DNA of 64,000 nucleotides from Promethearchaeota archaeon (lineage in GTDB: Archaea; Asgardarchaeota; Lokiarchaeia; Sigyniarchaeales; SOKP01). The notes under the pieces are model-generated. The model saw only the letters and a program-made list of their open reading frames with translations, did no database searches and was not told the origin of the DNA. Positions 62,517 to 64,000 of this stretch are shown in pieces (the first letter of the stretch is position 1; each line of letters starts with the position of its first letter). Both the position numbers and the translations under genes were made by a program. The DNA lies in contig JBHLLU010000004.1 of the NCBI GenBank assembly GCA_048938895.1, positions 1,721 to 65,720 of the forward strand. The letters are read 5' to 3'.

Positions 62517-63632
62517 TTAGTTAGAATCTTTAAATATAGGGATAATTTCTTCACTAATTATTTTAGTAACATCAAAATAAGTAAAAGGGGCATTTCTTCT
62601 TGATACTCCATTTTGAAGCTCCAAAATAAAATGTTCAGCACCTACATCAACGAAATTTTGAACTTTTTTGATAATGTCTTCTTTAGTACCGATCATACCA
62701 CTTTCCTTGATTAACTTATCAGGAATATCCTCTGCTAAAGGTGCAAGTTTTCTGTAGTCGAACTTCCCAATATCATGTCTGTCATACACTAAAATGCTCA
62801 TTTCTTCACTACTAAATCCAGTAGCCTCTTGAAATATTTCTTCATATTCCTCTTTCCAATAGCCCAATTTCTTTAAAGTCCTGGGTTGCATACTTAAACC
62901 CGATTTCATACCACTATAAAAAGATTTCAGCCGTTCCTCATCGTCATGCATGAAAATGCGTGTAAAGTATCCAAAAGTAAAATTATTTGGATCTCGTCCT
63001 TCTTTTTTCATAATGTCAAGAAGTGTATTTCGATTTTCTTTATAAACTTGAGGGAATGCACCAAGAGGCATCCAACCATCAGCGATTTCTGCGGTAAGTT
63101 TTAGAGTTTTAGGACCATTTCCCGCGATCCAAACGGGAATATCAGAAATAGGCTTAGGAAGTAGAAATGCACCATTCACTTGATAATATTTCCCTTTAAA
63201 AGAAACATTCTCTCCTTCTTTCCAGAATTTTTTCATTAACCTAATTGATTCATCCATCCTGGTTACAGCATGACTATAGTCAATATTAAAAGCCTTTAAA
63301 TTCATCCCTTCTCCTGCACCCATTCCCAAAATAAATTTCCCTCCAGTCATATGGTTAAGGGTAGTTGACATTTGAGCTAGAGAAGCAGGATGTAATCTAT
63401 ATGGATCAGTTACAGCTGACCCTAAAGCTTTTCCTTTAGCTAATTCAGTAAAGGCTCCAAATAAAGGCCATAAGCAAAAAAAATCATCAATAGCACCACC
63501 AGGAATACCACTTAAATGATCTGGAAGCCAAATAGAATCCCATGCTTCTTGACTAGCAGTAATGATTTTTTTCTTAAGTAGTTCATACGCTTGGGAATAA
63601 TACAAATTATTACCGAATTTAATGTCTTTCAT
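62517..63632 (-). CDS. Luciferase-like (LLM-class) flavin/F420-dependent oxidoreductase
   Basis: DSIWLPDHL, GKFILGMGAGEG, PVWIAGNGPKTLKLTAEIADGWMP. Confidence 0.65.
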   Translation of the reverse strand: MKDIKFGNNLYYSQAYELLKKKIITASQEAWDSIWLPDHLSGIPGGAIDDFFCLWPLFGAFTELAKGKALGSAVTDPYRLHPASLAQMSTTLNHMTGGKFILGMGAGEGMNLKAFNIDYSHAVTRMDESIRLMKKFWKEGENVSFKGKYYQVNGAFLLPKPISDIPVWIAGNGPKTLKLTAEIADGWMPLGAFPQVYKENRNTLLDIMKKEGRDPNNFTFGYFTRIFMHDDEERLKSFYSGMKSGLSMQPRTLKKLGYWKEEYEEIFQEATGFSSEEMSILVYDRHDIGKFDYRKLAPLAEDIPDKLIKESGMIGTKEDIIKKVQNFVDVGAEHFILELQNGVSRRNAPFTYFDVTKIISEEIIPIFKDSN

Positions 63633-63794
63633 TGTCTAAGTTTTCTTATAATTAGTTTAGTATATATTAATCAAGCTAAAGTTTAAGTTTTTTTATTATT
63701 GTTTATATCATTTTAACTCTATTTCCAAAAAATCATCTTTAGTATACTGATTTTCTTTTTTCAAAAGTTTAAATATGCTAATTATTTATATTTT

Positions 63795-63828
63795 TTTATA
63801 AAAAAAAGGAAAAATTTATAAAAAAAAG
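63795..63828 (+). promoter_or_regulatory. Duplicated TATA-like element TTTATAAAAAAAAG (two copies 20 nt apart) upstream of the last gene
   Basis: Copies lie at 63795..63808 and 63815..63828. The proximal copy starts 33 nt upstream of the ATG at 63848, which is consistent with a short-leader or leaderless archaeal transcript. Confidence 0.35.
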
Positions 63829-63847
63829 AATTTTTGGTGCAAAAAAA

Positions 63848-64000
63848 ATGGCTTCTATAGAATTTAACAAAATTGAATTAGAAAAAGCAGAATCTGATTT
63901 TTCAAAAGCAAAATTGGATGGATTTCAGAGGAATATAATTGTTACTCAAGCTGAAATGATGTGCAAATTTATCAACATGTCAGAGTTGGCAATGCGTGGA
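63848..64000 (+). CDS. Hypothetical protein, 3'-partial (runs off the window)
   Basis: An ATG at 63848 is followed by 51 open codons (MASIEFNKIELEKAESDF...) to the window end. A TATA-like element lies upstream. Confidence 0.35.
   Translation, partial: MASIEFNKIELEKAESDFSKAKLDGFQRNIIVTQAEMMCKFINMSELAMRG

Noticed and set aside
1-64000. Short ORFs from the six-frame track that lie inside or antisense to longer genes: 7555..7857, 8356..8589, 11198..11443, 12951..13187, 15113..15526, 15420..15620, 15539..15730, 19044..19406, 19875..20117, 20190..20408, 22327..22527, 26233..26535, 26879..27061, 27944..28195, 28973..29317, 33475..33735, 38817..39047, 39577..39843, 42088..42303, 42607..42855, 44721..45068, 45355..45549, 46691..46924, 47844..48056, 48975..49157, 50451..50660, 50762..51013, 51849..52091, 53550..53777, 53762..53950, 54639..54866, 56773..57006, 57709..57951, 58992..59189
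   Set aside because: Each is nested in, or overlaps most of, a much longer ORF that has clear family motifs. Their translations are low-complexity (Ser/Phe/Leu/Ile-rich), as expected from the antisense of AT-rich coding DNA. None shows a recognisable motif.
1-64000. Search for tRNA, rRNA, C/D-box sRNA, transposase/integrase genes, terminal inverted repeats and CRISPR arrays
   Set aside because: I scanned all intergenic gaps above ~90 nt by eye. There were no GC-rich cloverleaf-like islands, no RTGATGA...CTGA box pairs and no recombinase-like ORFs. Absence by eye is not proof; tRNAscan/Infernal would be decisive.

Overview
This window is strongly AT-rich (judged by eye, not computed) and densely coding on both strands. 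It holds roughly 58 protein genes with very short intergenic gaps and frequent TTG/GTG starts. I found no rRNA, tRNA, CRISPR array, transposase or integrase. All domain calls come from reading the supplied translations by eye; no search or alignment was run.

The content is archaeal: TATA-binding protein, an eL13-like ribosomal protein, UPF0147, an archaeosortase-like protein, an MtrH-like methyltransferase and a class III RNR-like protein. Several further genes point to an Asgard (Lokiarchaeia-like) genome, but this placement rests on recalled family knowledge, not a database hit:
- seven P-loop GTPase-like genes (Arf/Rag-like and Rab-like), most fused to longin/roadblock-like domains
- a stand-alone Roadblock/LC7 protein
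- a ubiquitin-like gene next to a RING-like finger

Housekeeping blocks:
- threonine biosynthesis (ACT-hom-TIGR00725-thrC)
- threonine catabolism (kbl/tdh)
- ppsA, a GH4 glycosidase, a GPH transporter and an HDAC-like enzyme
- an acyl-CoA/SDR/LLM/DUF362 cluster

The most interesting region is 31.2-42.5 kb. Two paralogous 7-TM membrane proteins each sit beside small-GTPase genes. One is followed by two tandem longin-Rab fusions. The other is fused to a C4C4 RING-like finger and followed by a ubiquitin-like gene ending RVIGG+5 residues. Converging on that gene is a Rab-like GTPase followed by an 861-aa fusion of a longin-like domain, a P-loop, helical repeats and a CN-hydrolase domain.

Other notable items:
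- a shared N-terminal domain grafted onto two different GTPase classes
- a Roadblock gene whose in-frame zinc ribbon has no canonical start codon
- an NrdD-like protein lacking the glycyl-radical tail
- a giant surface protein with a cytoplasmic longin-like plus wHTH tail
- a crotonase gene relic
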